DNA of 64,000 bases, from the NCBI GenBank assembly GCA_013239625.1, contig MU054117.1, forward strand, positions 994,001 to 1,058,000, given 5' to 3'. The DNA is from Lama guanicoe. Taxonomy: Eukaryota. Position 1 is the first letter of the stretch, and each line of letters starts with the position of its first letter. The notes under the pieces were generated by a model. It saw nothing but the letters and a program-made list of their open reading frames with translations. It made no database searches and was not told where the DNA came from. Made by a program: the position numbers and the translations under genes. Shown piece after piece: positions 26,400-38,300 of the stretch.

Positions 26400-29300
26400 A
26401 CACGACAGCGGTGTCCGGGTGAAACACAGCGCTGCTTCTGCAGGAAAGTTAACGCGAGAGCGCAGCGTGCTGCAGCCCTCACAGCGTCGTCAGAGTGTCC
26501 AGGGTACAAGTGACTGACCGCACAGAGAACCAGGAGACTCTCACCGGCTCTCAGGAAAGGTCTGCCAGCAGATGGCCACCCCGAGAGGCCCTGCAGGCTG
26601 GGGTTGGTGGTGGCTTTCGGACAGTGACTGTTGCTGTGCTCTGTGAGGGGGAGCTGAGTACTCAGCCGTAAGTGGGAGCGTGGAAATCCTCAGCAGAGAA
26701 GTGATATGAAAAAACCAATGGAGAACAAGGACCTACTGTACAGCACGGGGAACTGTATTCAGTATCTTGTGTTAACCCTTAATGGAAAAGAATCTGAAAA
26801 GAAGTATCTGTAGCTGAATCACTTTGCTGTATGTCTGAAACACTGTAAGTCAACTATGCTTCAGCTTTTAAAAGGAGGAAAAACTGTAACTGAATAATGC
26901 GGTGTTCAGGGAATGGCCTCAGTAGCACAGTGGAGACGCCAGAGGAAGGCGGACCCGGGAAGCGTGAAGTGACATCGGCAGACATTATCCAACCTGAGAA
27001 TGTACAGGAAAAGACTTAAAAAAACAAAATCAGGGACTCAGAAACCTGTGGGGCGGCATCAGAAGGTCTGGATTTGTGTCATTGGAGTCCCATAAAAGGA
27101 GAAAAAGACTGGTGTGGAAAAAATGAAAAACTAATGGCTGAAAACTTTCAAAATTTGGCGAGACATAAATAAGTGGATTCAAGAAACTCAGTAAACCCCA
27201 AACAGCGTGAACCCAAAGAAAACCATGCCCGTAAACATCGGAACAGCAGATTTAAAACAAAACAAAACTTAAAACCTTGAAAGCGATCAGAGGAAAGGAA
27301 TACCTCACACACGGGAGGCTGCTGTTCTGAACAACTGCAGATTTCTCTTAAGAAGCCGTGGCGTCTGGAAGGCAGTGCTGAACTGAAAGAACTGTCAACC
27401 TAGAGTTCTCTCTCCAGTGAAAATGCTTCTCAGGAATGAAGGTAAAATAAAGACAATAAAGGAAAATTTAAGGTATTTTTTCGCTGGCATAGCTGCTCTA
27501 AAATAAACGCTTAAAGTTCTTCAGACTGAAAGGAAGTGACACCAGAGACAAGGTCGAGCTGCAGGACGAAGGAGGAGCAACAGAAATAGTACACACTCGG
27601 GTAAATAGAGCAGACTCACTCATTTTCTACCCTCAGATGCTTTAAAATACAGACAGCGCTCGAAGGCAGAAGTCACAGCGTTGTCAGGAGGGGTCCAGTG
27701 TTTGCAGGTGTGACGTGTGTGACAACTAGCGTTAAGGGCGGGGGAGAGCTGTAAACCTTTACATTTTGCCGGAAGTGATAAAGGAAAACCTGTAGTACTG
27801 TGATTCCCAGGGCAACCACTTCAAAAACTACAGGGACAGAACCAGTCGATAAGTTAAAATTGAATAATAAAAAATTCCAGATCATCCGAAAGAAGGCAAG
27901 AAAGGAGGTTCCAACAAAGCAAAAACCTGGGAGGCGTGCCATGCAGATGCTAATTAGAGGGAAGCCAGAGTGGCAGCGTTACTGTCAGACAAGGTGGACG
28001 ACAGAACAAGGAAGTTCCCGGGGGTGAAGAGGTGTGTCCCATAGTCGTAAAAGGATCGGTTCGCTCAGAATGCGTAACGGTCACCAGTGTGTTTGCACCC
28101 AGCAGCAGAACTGCAACATGTGTGATGCAAAAAGTGGTAGAACCGAAAAGGAAATTGAAAATCTGCGATTGCACCTGGAGACTTCGGCACTCCACTTTCC
28201 TGTAATTGGTGGAATAAATAGAAAACAGCAAGGATACGGAAGACTTGAACAACACCGTCGGGTAACTTGGCATAATTGACGTTTATCCAACATTCCACGC
28301 AACAGCAGCGGAATACATGCTCTTCTGAAGGGCTTACGGAACAGTCCCAGCGCAAACTTTATCCCGCGTCATAAAACAAACCTCAGGGTTTTAAAGAACT
28401 TGAAATCATACCACGTATGCTCTCTGACCGCAGAGTAGTTGATCTAGAGATCAGTAACAGAAAGATGTCGGGAACATTCCCGAGTATTGTGACATTAAGC
28501 GACCGATTTCTAAATAACCCACGTGTCAAAGAGGGGGGGAAATTAGAGAACGCTTGAGCCGAATAGAGGTGGAAATACAGGTCAGATGCAGCTGAAACTG
28601 GGCTTAGAGGGGAATTTATAGCGTCAAATCCTTATATTAGGAAAGAAGAAAGGTCTCGAGTTCAGGTTCCATCTTAAGACACTAGAAAGAGAAGAGCAAA
28701 TTAAACCCGAAACAGGCAGAAGGGAAGGAATAAGGTCAGAAGTCAACGAAGTGAAAACAAAAACAACAGAGAAAGATCAGTGAAACACAAAACCGGCTCT
28801 TTGGAAAGAGGCAGGAAAGCTGATAAACCCCTGGCCAGACTGATCGAGGGAGGAGGAGAGAGGGCACAAGGCAGCAGTGCCGGGAACGAGGGCCAGGCCT
28901 GTGCAGACACTGAGATGACGGGGACCACTGAGCTCCTCCGCGCCCGCACGGTGACAGCTTGGAGGGGATGGACCAGTTCCCTGAAGAACACGAATCACTG
29001 AGCGGTGCCCAAGAGTGAGTCACCCAAGTAGTCCCATGTCTGTTAAAGAACCTGCGTTTGTAGTTAGACGCTTTCTAACAAAGCTAGCTCCAGACCCAGG
29101 GAGTTTCCCCAGTGAATTCTGCCAGACGCTCAGGGAAGAAATAATCCCAGTTTTACACACTCTCACGCAGAAAACAGAGGAGGGACAAATACTTCCCAAC
29201 TCATTCTGATGCCAAGACGAGGCAAAGATGGTACAAAAACGGAAGTTAAATACCGATATCCCTCCTGAGTGTGGATTTAAAAAGTCCTCAGCAAAGTGCT

Positions 29301-29795
29301 AGCAAAATGACGTTCGTAGCAGCATTGTTCACAGGAGCCGACAGGTGGGGACAACCCACATGTCCACCAGCGGATGACTGGACAAAGAAAGCATGGCGTG
29401 TACATACCCTGGAATACTACTCAGCCTTAGAGAGGAAGGAGACTCTGACACAGGCTGCAGCACAGATGAACTTGTAAGACACTATGCTCGGTGAAGTAAC
29501 CCACTCCGGAAAGGACAGGCGTGGTGTGGTGCACTTAGCCAAGCTGCCAAAGCTAGGACAGTCAGATTCACAGACAGAAAGGAAAACAGTGATTACCAGG
29601 GGCTGAGGGAGGACGGAACGGGGAGTGTTTAAGGCAGACGGGGTTTCAGTTTGGGAAGATGAAAAGGTTCTGGGGACGGGTGGTGGTGATGTTTGTGCGA
29701 CGTTCTGAATATTCTTCATGTCACTGAACTGTACGCTTAAAAATAGTTAAAATGGCAGCTGTCACTTACTTACATTTTATCACAATAAAGAAATG
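26400..29795 (+). mobile_element. Old L1 block: ORF1 remnant, ORF2 endonuclease remnant and L1MB-like 3' end, with a nested younger L1 tail at ~26720-26870
   Basis: ORF1-like tgtgtcattggagtccc…aatggctgaaaacttt…gattcaagaaactcag; EN-like ggagacttcggcactccactttc…gcggaatacatgctcttct; 3' end terminating in cacaataaag. Many stops and frameshifts. Confidence 0.85.
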
Positions 29796-31239
29796 TTAAC
29801 AAATCGACCCTTATCATTTGCATCTGGCTCGTTCCCTCCATGCAAACCCGCCGCTAGGTTTAGCTTCCTGGAGCACAAGTCTGATTGTCGTCGTCCTTCT
29901 CCGAACCTTAAATGCCTGCCACGCACCTCCCCGTGTGCAGCTCGCTGTGGCCGGGCCACAGCTGAGCTGGGCGGCGGGTCTGCCGTTGCCTGGTGCACCT
30001 GCCCTCCCGCCTTCTGACCCGACACGAGTGTGTGCTTTCCCAGGACGCTCTACCTTTTATCTCCGTGCTTGTTTCTTCTTTTCTTCCCCTTGAATTCTTT
30101 TCCTTCCCCTCACCAACCTCTACCTGGTAAATTTTGATCGTGTTTCAAAAGCAACCAAGACTCGACGTCCCCCCAGTGTTTTTGCCGCCCTCTCTCCAGT
30201 CGCGGTTTCTCGCTGCAGCTCGCCCCCCCGTGTTGGCTTTGCTGAGCGTTTGCTGAACGCTTGCCTGTTGACACTGACTGCTGGGCTCGGGGAGCTCAGT
30301 GATGAGCAAGACCCAGCCCTTTCCTCTTAGCGCTTGCTCTCCTGGCACAAAGGGCAGATTCATAAATACATACGTTCAGGATAGCGTGCTAGATGCCTGG
30401 AACCGCACAGCAGGCGCTTCCTAGTGCTTCTGTGTTCCCTTACGTGTGAGACTTTCCTAGTTTCTCTGTCTGAGCGCTCGCTCCTTCGAGGTAAGGTATC
30501 CCTCTCCTTCCCTTCAGCGCTTAATTCCTTGCATTAAGTGTGTGCAATTAATATTTGCAGTGCATTGTTTTTTATTAGGCAGCCAGTAAGCTTAGCTTTA
30601 TTCAAGGCGGCCAACAACGCTTAACCCAGACGGGCACAGCCATGCCTTCAGTTATCTTTGGGAGCATTAGCCAACAGACAATGAGCAGACCTTCAGTGTA
30701 GGTGGCTCCTGTGTAGAAGTTCAAAATACGAGATAGTGTTAGCCGCTTACGTAGGAGTTACTCGGCTCCTCCAGGCTGATTTTATGTAGATACTAGTTGC
30801 ATTTACCTAAAAGTTCTAGAAATACCTGCAGGTTGTGAGAATAGTGCACATCCTCATCTTGAGAAATTCAGTAGTTCTAGGAAGAGATACAGACCGTGGG
30901 AAGACATTGATTTTCATCCATGTGAATGTTCTTTATCAAGCTGTAAGTTCTGCAGAACGTTTTCTAGAGTATTGCTTTCAACATGTTACCAAGCCATTAT
31001 GCTTGATGTTTAAGCAGCTCGTTCACTACTCCAAAGCTGGTGCTTTAATTTTGATACACAGAAAGAAGTCATGTCCCTGTTGTGCAGTGGCCCTGCTAAA
31101 CAGGGCTGTGCGACTTAAACAGTAAGGCTTCTGCTATAGTTACTTTATCTGAGACTTAAACAAGAAATCCTTTTTTTTTTTCATTTTTGTAGAAGCAACT
31201 AAACTGTAACTATTAACTATTATTAAAAATGATTAAAAG

Positions 31240-34200
31240 CAGGTGTTATCACCAACAGTAGACTTAAATAGAATCTTGTGAGCATTTGCCATAAAAGAAA
31301 AAGTGATCAATTTTACCCCATCAAAAGTAAACTTCTGCTAAATTAAAAACTTCTCTTCCTCTGTTATACACGTAAACATGTGTTACCTTTAGGAAAATTA
31401 AAAGGCAAGCCACAGCCTGGGAAAAATGTTCCCTGTACACGCGCGTGCACACACACATAGGCACCTGATGTAGCACTTATATCCAGAATACATAAATAAT
31501 GCTCCAACTCAGTCATGGGTAGACAAACGGTCCAGCTTAAAAATTGGCAAAATTTTTAAGACACTTTACAAAAGAAGACACGTGAACAGCCAACAAAGAG
31601 ATGCTCAGCACTGATCCCTGAGCACTTGCGAGTCATGTCCCGCAGTCGCCTCCCCCCGCGTTGCTGCGCGGTGTGCCGCAGCATCAGCGCGTTGTAGTCT
31701 GCTCGTCCACTCTCCACTGATGGGATCTGAGTCACCTCTGGGCTTGAACCATCAGGAGTCAAGTTGCCGTGAACATTCTGGCTCGTGTCCTTAGGGGGGC
31801 GTAGGACTCACTTGTTTAGGGTTTATACCAGCCCCCCCCATGTGTTGCAGGGGTTTGTTTAGCTTTGTGGATTCCTCTGGAAGTTGTGCCCATTCATCCT
31901 CCCTCCAGTGACGTATGAGAATCCACTGTTCCACGTCCTTGTCAACACGTGACATAATGTTGCTCCTTTTAATTTGAGCTGTTCTAGGAGTTCTGAAGAG
32001 AGATCTCGTGGTTTTAATTTACACTTTGCTGTAACTGTGTTGGGCACTTTTTATGTCTGTTGGACGTCAGGTGGGTATGTGAATTGAAACAAGCGTGAAA
32101 ATACCACATCATTTACTACAATGGCTGAAATTAAAAAGACTGACATTACCAAGTGTTAACAAGGATGTGGAGCAACTGAAACTCATACGTTACTGATGGG
32201 AGAGAAATGTGGTACAGCTGCTTCAGAGAACTGCTTGGCAATTTCTTACACATATAAACATAGAATTATCATATGACCCAGCAGGTTCCACTGGTGGGTA
32301 TCTGCTTAAGAGAAGTGAGAACATATGTTCACACAAAGACTTTTACACAAATCTTCATAGTAGTTTTATTCACAGTAGCAAAAATCAGTATCTACAAGTC
32401 AGTGTGATATGCCACACTAACAAACTGGAGAATAAAAACTGTGTGTTCATCTCAGTAGATGCAGGAAAAGCTTTTGACAAAATTCAACATCCGTTTATGA
32501 TAAAAGCTCCCCAGATAGTGGGTGTAGAGGAGACACACCTCGACATGGTGCAGGCTGTGTGTGGCACGCCCACGGCTGACATCGCGCGCAGCAGTGGAAG
32601 GCTGAAAGCGTTTTCCCTAAGATTAGGAGCAAGACACGGGTGTCCACTCTTTCCATTTTTATCCCACATAGTTTGAAAGCCCTAGTAGCCACAGCAGTCT
32701 GACAAGAAAAGGCAGTAAGAGGGATCCAGATTGGAAAGGAAGAAGTCAAACTGTCTCTGTTTGCAGATGACATGATGCTACATACAGAACGTCCTAAAGA
32801 TGCCACCGAGAAAACTGCTTGAGCTCATCAATGGATTCGGTAAATTTGCAGGGTACAAAATTAATATACAGAAACCTATTGCTTTCCTATGCACGTTGGT
32901 ATGAAATATCAGAAAGAGAAATATGGAATGAATCCTATTTATCATCACATCAGAAAGAAAATACCCGGGAATGAACCTGCCTAAGGAGGAAGAAGAGCTG
33001 TACCCCAAAACTGCAAGACGATGATGAGAGACGTTGAAGATGACGCAGAGAGAAAGATACACTGTGTTCTTGGGTGGGAAGAACTAATATTGTTAAAATG
33101 ACCATGCGACCCAAGGCAATGCAATCCCTATCAAATTACCAATGGCATTTTTCACAGAACTAGAACAAAAAATTTTAAAATTTGTGTGGAAACACAGAAG
33201 ACCCCACACAATCTTGAGAAGGAAGAACGGAGCCGGGGGAATCACACTGCCTGACTTCAGACCACACCACCAAGCCAGTCAGCAGAACAGCGTGGTCCTG
33301 GCACAGAAACAGAGGCAGGCATCAGTGAAACAGGACAGAAAGCCCAGAAGTAGCCCCGCATACTGACAGTCAGTTAATCTGCAGCAAAGGAGGCGAGGAC
33401 GTACAATGGAGAGAAGACAGCCTCCTCAGTAAGCGGTGCTGGGAAACGGGACAGCGTCTCGTGAAAGAATGGAATTAGAACACTCTCTAACACCGTATGT
33501 AAAATAAACTCAGAATTAAAGACTTACGTGTAAGACCAGATACTACAAAACTCCTAGAGGAAAACATAAGCCAGGGAACACCCTTTGACATAAACTGTAG
33601 CAACATTTTTTTGGATCTGTTTCCTAAGGCAAAGGAAACGGAAACAAAAACAAAAAAATAAGCAAATGGGACCTAGTTTGACTTAAAAGCTTTTGCACAT
33701 CAGCACAATAAAAAGGCAACCTACTGAATGGAAGAAAATATTGGCAAATGATGTGGCCAATAAGGGGTTAACAGCCAAAACACATAAACAGCTCACACAG
33801 TTCAACATCAAGAAAACAAGCAACTAGATAAAAAATGAGAAGACCTGAACAGACGTTTTTCCAAAGTCATGCAGATGACCGACAGGCACGTGAAAAGGTG
33901 CCCAGCATCCTTAATCATCAGAGAAATGCAAGTCCGAACTGCTGTGAGGTGTCCCGCACACCAGTCAGAACAGCCAGCATCCGATGTCTGCAAACAGGAA
34001 ATGCTGGTGGGGATGCAGAGGGGAGGGAGCCTCTACAGTACTGGCAGGATGTGAATCGCTGCAGCCACTGTGGAACAGTGTGGAGGTTCCTCAGAAAACT
34101 GAGAACAGAACTACCATGTGATCCAGCAGTCCCACTCCTGGGTATATATCCAAAGGAAACGAATGCACTAATTTGAAAAGATACGTGCCCCCCAGAGTTC

Positions 34201-35390
34201 ATGGCAGCGCTGTGTACAGTAGCCAGGACGCGGAGGCAGCCTCAGTGTTCGTCGGCAGGTGGCTGGGTGAGGAAGATGCGGTGCAGGTGCGCAACGCAAC
34301 GCTGCTCAGCCACAGAAAGGAGCGGAAGTTTGCCATTTGCACCAACATGGGTGGACCTGGAGGCTACTACGCTTAGCAAACTAAGTCAGAGAGAGACAAA
34401 TACTGTATGTTATCGTTTACACGTGGAGTCTGAAAAATAAACCAGTGAGTATAACAAAACAGAAACAAACTCACGGAGAGCAAACCAGTGGTTACTGGGG
34501 GCAGGGAAGCAGGAGGGGCGGTACCGGGCGGGAGATGAAGAGGCACAGGCTGCTCCGTGTAAAACAGAGCAACTGCAGGGATCACCGCACAGCTCGGGGA
34601 GGTGCCAGTGCTTCATAACAACTGTACACGGACTGTAAGCTTTAAAAGTCGTGAACCGTGATTCTTACATGTGCTCAAGAAACGTATATAACACTGTAAG
34701 TGAGCTCTGTCTCGGTTTAAAACAGTGAAACCGCCTGGTAAGTGCTCGTGTCTGGTCTTCTTTCACTTAGCGTGACAGCCTGGAGAGTCACTCATGTTGC
34801 AGTTTGAGTCGATAGTTCATTCCTTTTTATTAATGAGCAGTTTTTCGTGGTGGTTATTCACCCACCTGTTGATGGCATTTTGTGTTGTTTCCAGCTTGGA
34901 GCTATTATAAATAGAGCTGATCTAAACATTTTAAAAGGGTGGTATTTTAAAAGGTTGGTAACATTCCAAATGTCCATAGTAAGTAAGTGGATAAACAAAT
35001 TTGGCAGATCCATAAAGTGGAATAAACACTACTTAGCAACAAGAAGGAACGAGCTACTGGTATGTTCAGCAACATGGATGGATCTCAAGAACATCATGGC
35101 AAGAAAAAGCAGCCACGCACAGAAGCGGGGTGCACTGACTGATCCCGTTAGTGTGAAGCCTGCGAACAGGCAAAACGACGTCGCGGGGGAGGGCAGAAAG
35201 TGGCCGTGTCGCCTGGGCTGGTGGTGGAGGCGGCGCCGTTGTCAACTGGAGAGGGTGAAGGAAGCGTTTTCTGTCTTGTTCTGGTTGGTTGGTGACATGA
35301 GGGTATATTGTCAAAACTCGCTGAACAGAACACTTTATGTTCTGGTAAATACAACATACTTTATCTATTATTTAAGCAACAGTGTATAGA
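31240..35390 (+). mobile_element. Nested L1 cluster: ~2.3 kb ORF2(RT)-to-3'UTR copy (~32380-34725) inside older L1 pieces, with two antisense pieces (~31690-32070 and ~34740-34930)
   Basis: ORF track shows ORF2 peptides [52 protein letters not shown] and WRFLRKLRTELPCDPAVPLLGIYPKE; ctgtttgcagatgacatg encodes LFADDM. Confidence 0.9.
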
Positions 35391-38300
35391 TTACTTCTCA
35401 GTGGAGACAATTGAGCCTCATAAGAGGAGACTTCAAAGAAATCAGTACTTAAGTACAGTCTTGTTACCCCCCTGCCCCGTTTTATCCTGGCATCTGTTAA
35501 CTACTTTTCGTCCAACCCTGCTCTGCTCTCCTGAGTTGATTAGATGTTAATGCTAACTCTTCCCCAGTTTGTATCTTGGCTTCCTCAGACCGGAAATACG
35601 ACTGTCATTAAAATGCGTCTTCAGGGCTGTAAACTGACATTCCGAAGCCTGCTGTGTGACGTGACCTCAGCTGAACGTTCTGAGTGATTTGAGGGGATGG
35701 AAACGTTTGCTTTGCTTATCTCGCTTCCAGATCACTAGAAGGGCCCTGCCCCTCTCGTCTGGCTTGGGACGTCTGCTCTCTCCACGTGGTTCAGAGAGGA
35801 AGGGTGTCCTTTTGCTGCAGATATGAAAACCTGTACAACTTAATCTTTTCCTGAATAAAAGGTGTAGACTTTCCACCTTTTTTCCTGAGAGTCAGTTTCT
35901 TTAAAGTCAGTTTTCTAGCAGAGAGAAGTCTCAGCGCCTGTTCTGCAGTCCCGGCCCTAGAACAAGGTACGTGGTGGATGGTGTGATTTTAAAATGTAAT
36001 GAGGTCTTTTCTCGATGGCTCTTCTAGCACATACTATGAGGTGTGCGCTTTAATTTCTTCCCAAACTCCCATTGAAGAGTACCTGTCTACACCCGCAGTA
36101 AATGACAGCAGTGAGGAAGTCACATTTGCAAACAAGGACAGGCCACAGCTTGGAAGCAGCACTGCTCACTAAGAATGCATCCTGTGAGACGCTGCTCGCC
36201 CGCCACACCGCCGTGAACTGGCTGGTTATCGATCACCTGGACTGTGGGGAGGCAGTGGCGAGAGCAGTAACCTGCAGGCCCTGTGGGCAGAGGCCTCGTG
36301 CTGTGTTTTGCTTGTATCCTGTGGATCCCAGTAAACAGAGGAAATGAACGGATGTGGACGAGGACTGGGTGGGTGCAGTGTGCTGAACGTAATTCCCAAG
36401 AGTCTCATGCTAATCCCGAGCTGTTCCGTGCGCACATGCCTGATGTTTCTGTCCAGCTTTGGGGATGTTCTGCTTGGTGTGACTGGGAGAGAGCCACCGA
36501 GCTGCCCAGCTTCCAGAATTCCTCCCTCCCCCCGACACCGTGACGAGATGGAGCCCGTGCCCGCAGGAGCCGAGGCGGAGCTGCGCGGCCGAGGGCGCTC
36601 AGGTCTGCCTGTGCTGGGGGGCCCCTCCCGGAACCCTGCACCAGGAGTGGCCAGGGGCCCGCCAGCCCAGCAGAGTCCAGGACCTTGCAAGTTTATCATC
36701 TGTTTCCTTAACCTTGGAATCAGTTCAGGCAGTTATTACAAAAGCAATTTGAAAGGTTAAAAGTGAACCCTGTGTAAATTTATTACTAAGAAAATGAAAG
36801 CTGCGTTATCTGCCCACAGATAATTGAGTGTTTGTTTTTCCAGTTTGAGACATTTACTGGTATGCTGATAGCCTCAAATAGTCGCTCTTAACCTTCAGGG
36901 TCACAATCCCCTTTGAGCATCTGATGGATGACGTCCTGCCTGCGCGCACGCCCCCTCCCCCTCCCCGATGGTCTGTGTGCCCGGCCTTGTCCTGGGGGCC
37001 TGTGCTCCCTGCCTCCAGAACCGCCTGCGTCTGTACACTGCATTCGCATTCAGTCTCAGGGATGGTGTGTCCAACTCCTGGAGCCCCCTAGAGTCAAAAC
37101 CCCCTGCCCAGCACGGCTGCTGGGCCCCTGCGACTGTGGGTGTGGCATGGAGGCTGCTGTGTGGCACCTTTTGTTTTGGGAGCCCAGTCTGACACAGAAG
37201 TCTACGTCTGGCAGAGGAGCACTGGATTCCAGAACATTTTCTGAGGCGCATAGAGCAGAGCGCCTTCCAGCTTTCTCTAGGGCTGTGTGCGTGGAAGCCT
37301 CAGTAGGTCTGCATAGGGTTCGTGTCTGTTCTCTTACAGTCTGCTTTTCTATCACTGGTTTTCATCCCCAAATCACTCAGAAGGTAGTTTCATGTAACCC
37401 ATTTGGAACTATTGGGTTATTACTTAGCACACAGAAGGAAAAGTTACCGTGTTGTCATGTTCTCGTGGATTTGGGGGAAGAAAACAGGTTTGAGCAAGAA
37501 CTGGTGTTAGCGTTTTCCTACAGACACCCCTGGGGCTCCTATTTAATAACAGGACCAAACCGTGAGTCGACCACTTACAGCAGAAGGGGTTTGGGGAGAG
37601 TGGTGTCTGCTGTACCCACCGCTGTGGATACAGGTGGGAACGGGGAAAGTGCGGAAACTCCGACTCGCTTTCCTTCGGTCAGGAAGTAGCGCTGGGCTCT
37701 GCTTGCTCAGCCACTGCTGTGTGAGGCTTTTTTCAGTGATCGTGTGTTTTTATAGTGAGGGTGTTTCAACGAAGCTCTTCCTAATATTAGTAAACACTTG
37801 ATTAAGTGATCCGATTGAAATATGAGAAGGTCTGGTTTTCATTGGAACAAGTTTTTGACCTGTAGAAATGTTGTTTTAAACATATATTTCTCACAGAACT
37901 GCAGTTACATGAGACAAGACATACTTTGCTATATTGAGATTCATTTCACATGACACATTTTCAGTGTGTTGCTGGAAAAATTGACATTGCGTCTCAATCT
38001 TCTGTTTCAAGATAGTCGAGGGGCTTGTGAGTGTGACCCTCAGAGCGCTGTCAGCAGGCGTGATGGAATCAAAGTACTGGTAGTTACGCTCTGAAGAGGT
38101 GTGTGTGGTTTTGCAGATTGATTGCATTCTCTGAGCTCTGAGTTCCTGGTGCCTGACAGGTCGTCCGTCAGGCTGGCCTGTGGCAGAACTTCGTCAAAGT
38201 AAATACACGTGAAATGAGCGCGTGGTCTACACCCACGCAGTCCTGGACCAGTGGGACACCCGGCCCCGGGGAGCTGGTGACAGGGTCCCTTCAACAGAGC

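Noticed and set aside
32209..34440. Reverse-transcriptase-like ORFs as a novel RT system
   Set aside because: These are frameshifted fragments of ordinary L1 ORF2.
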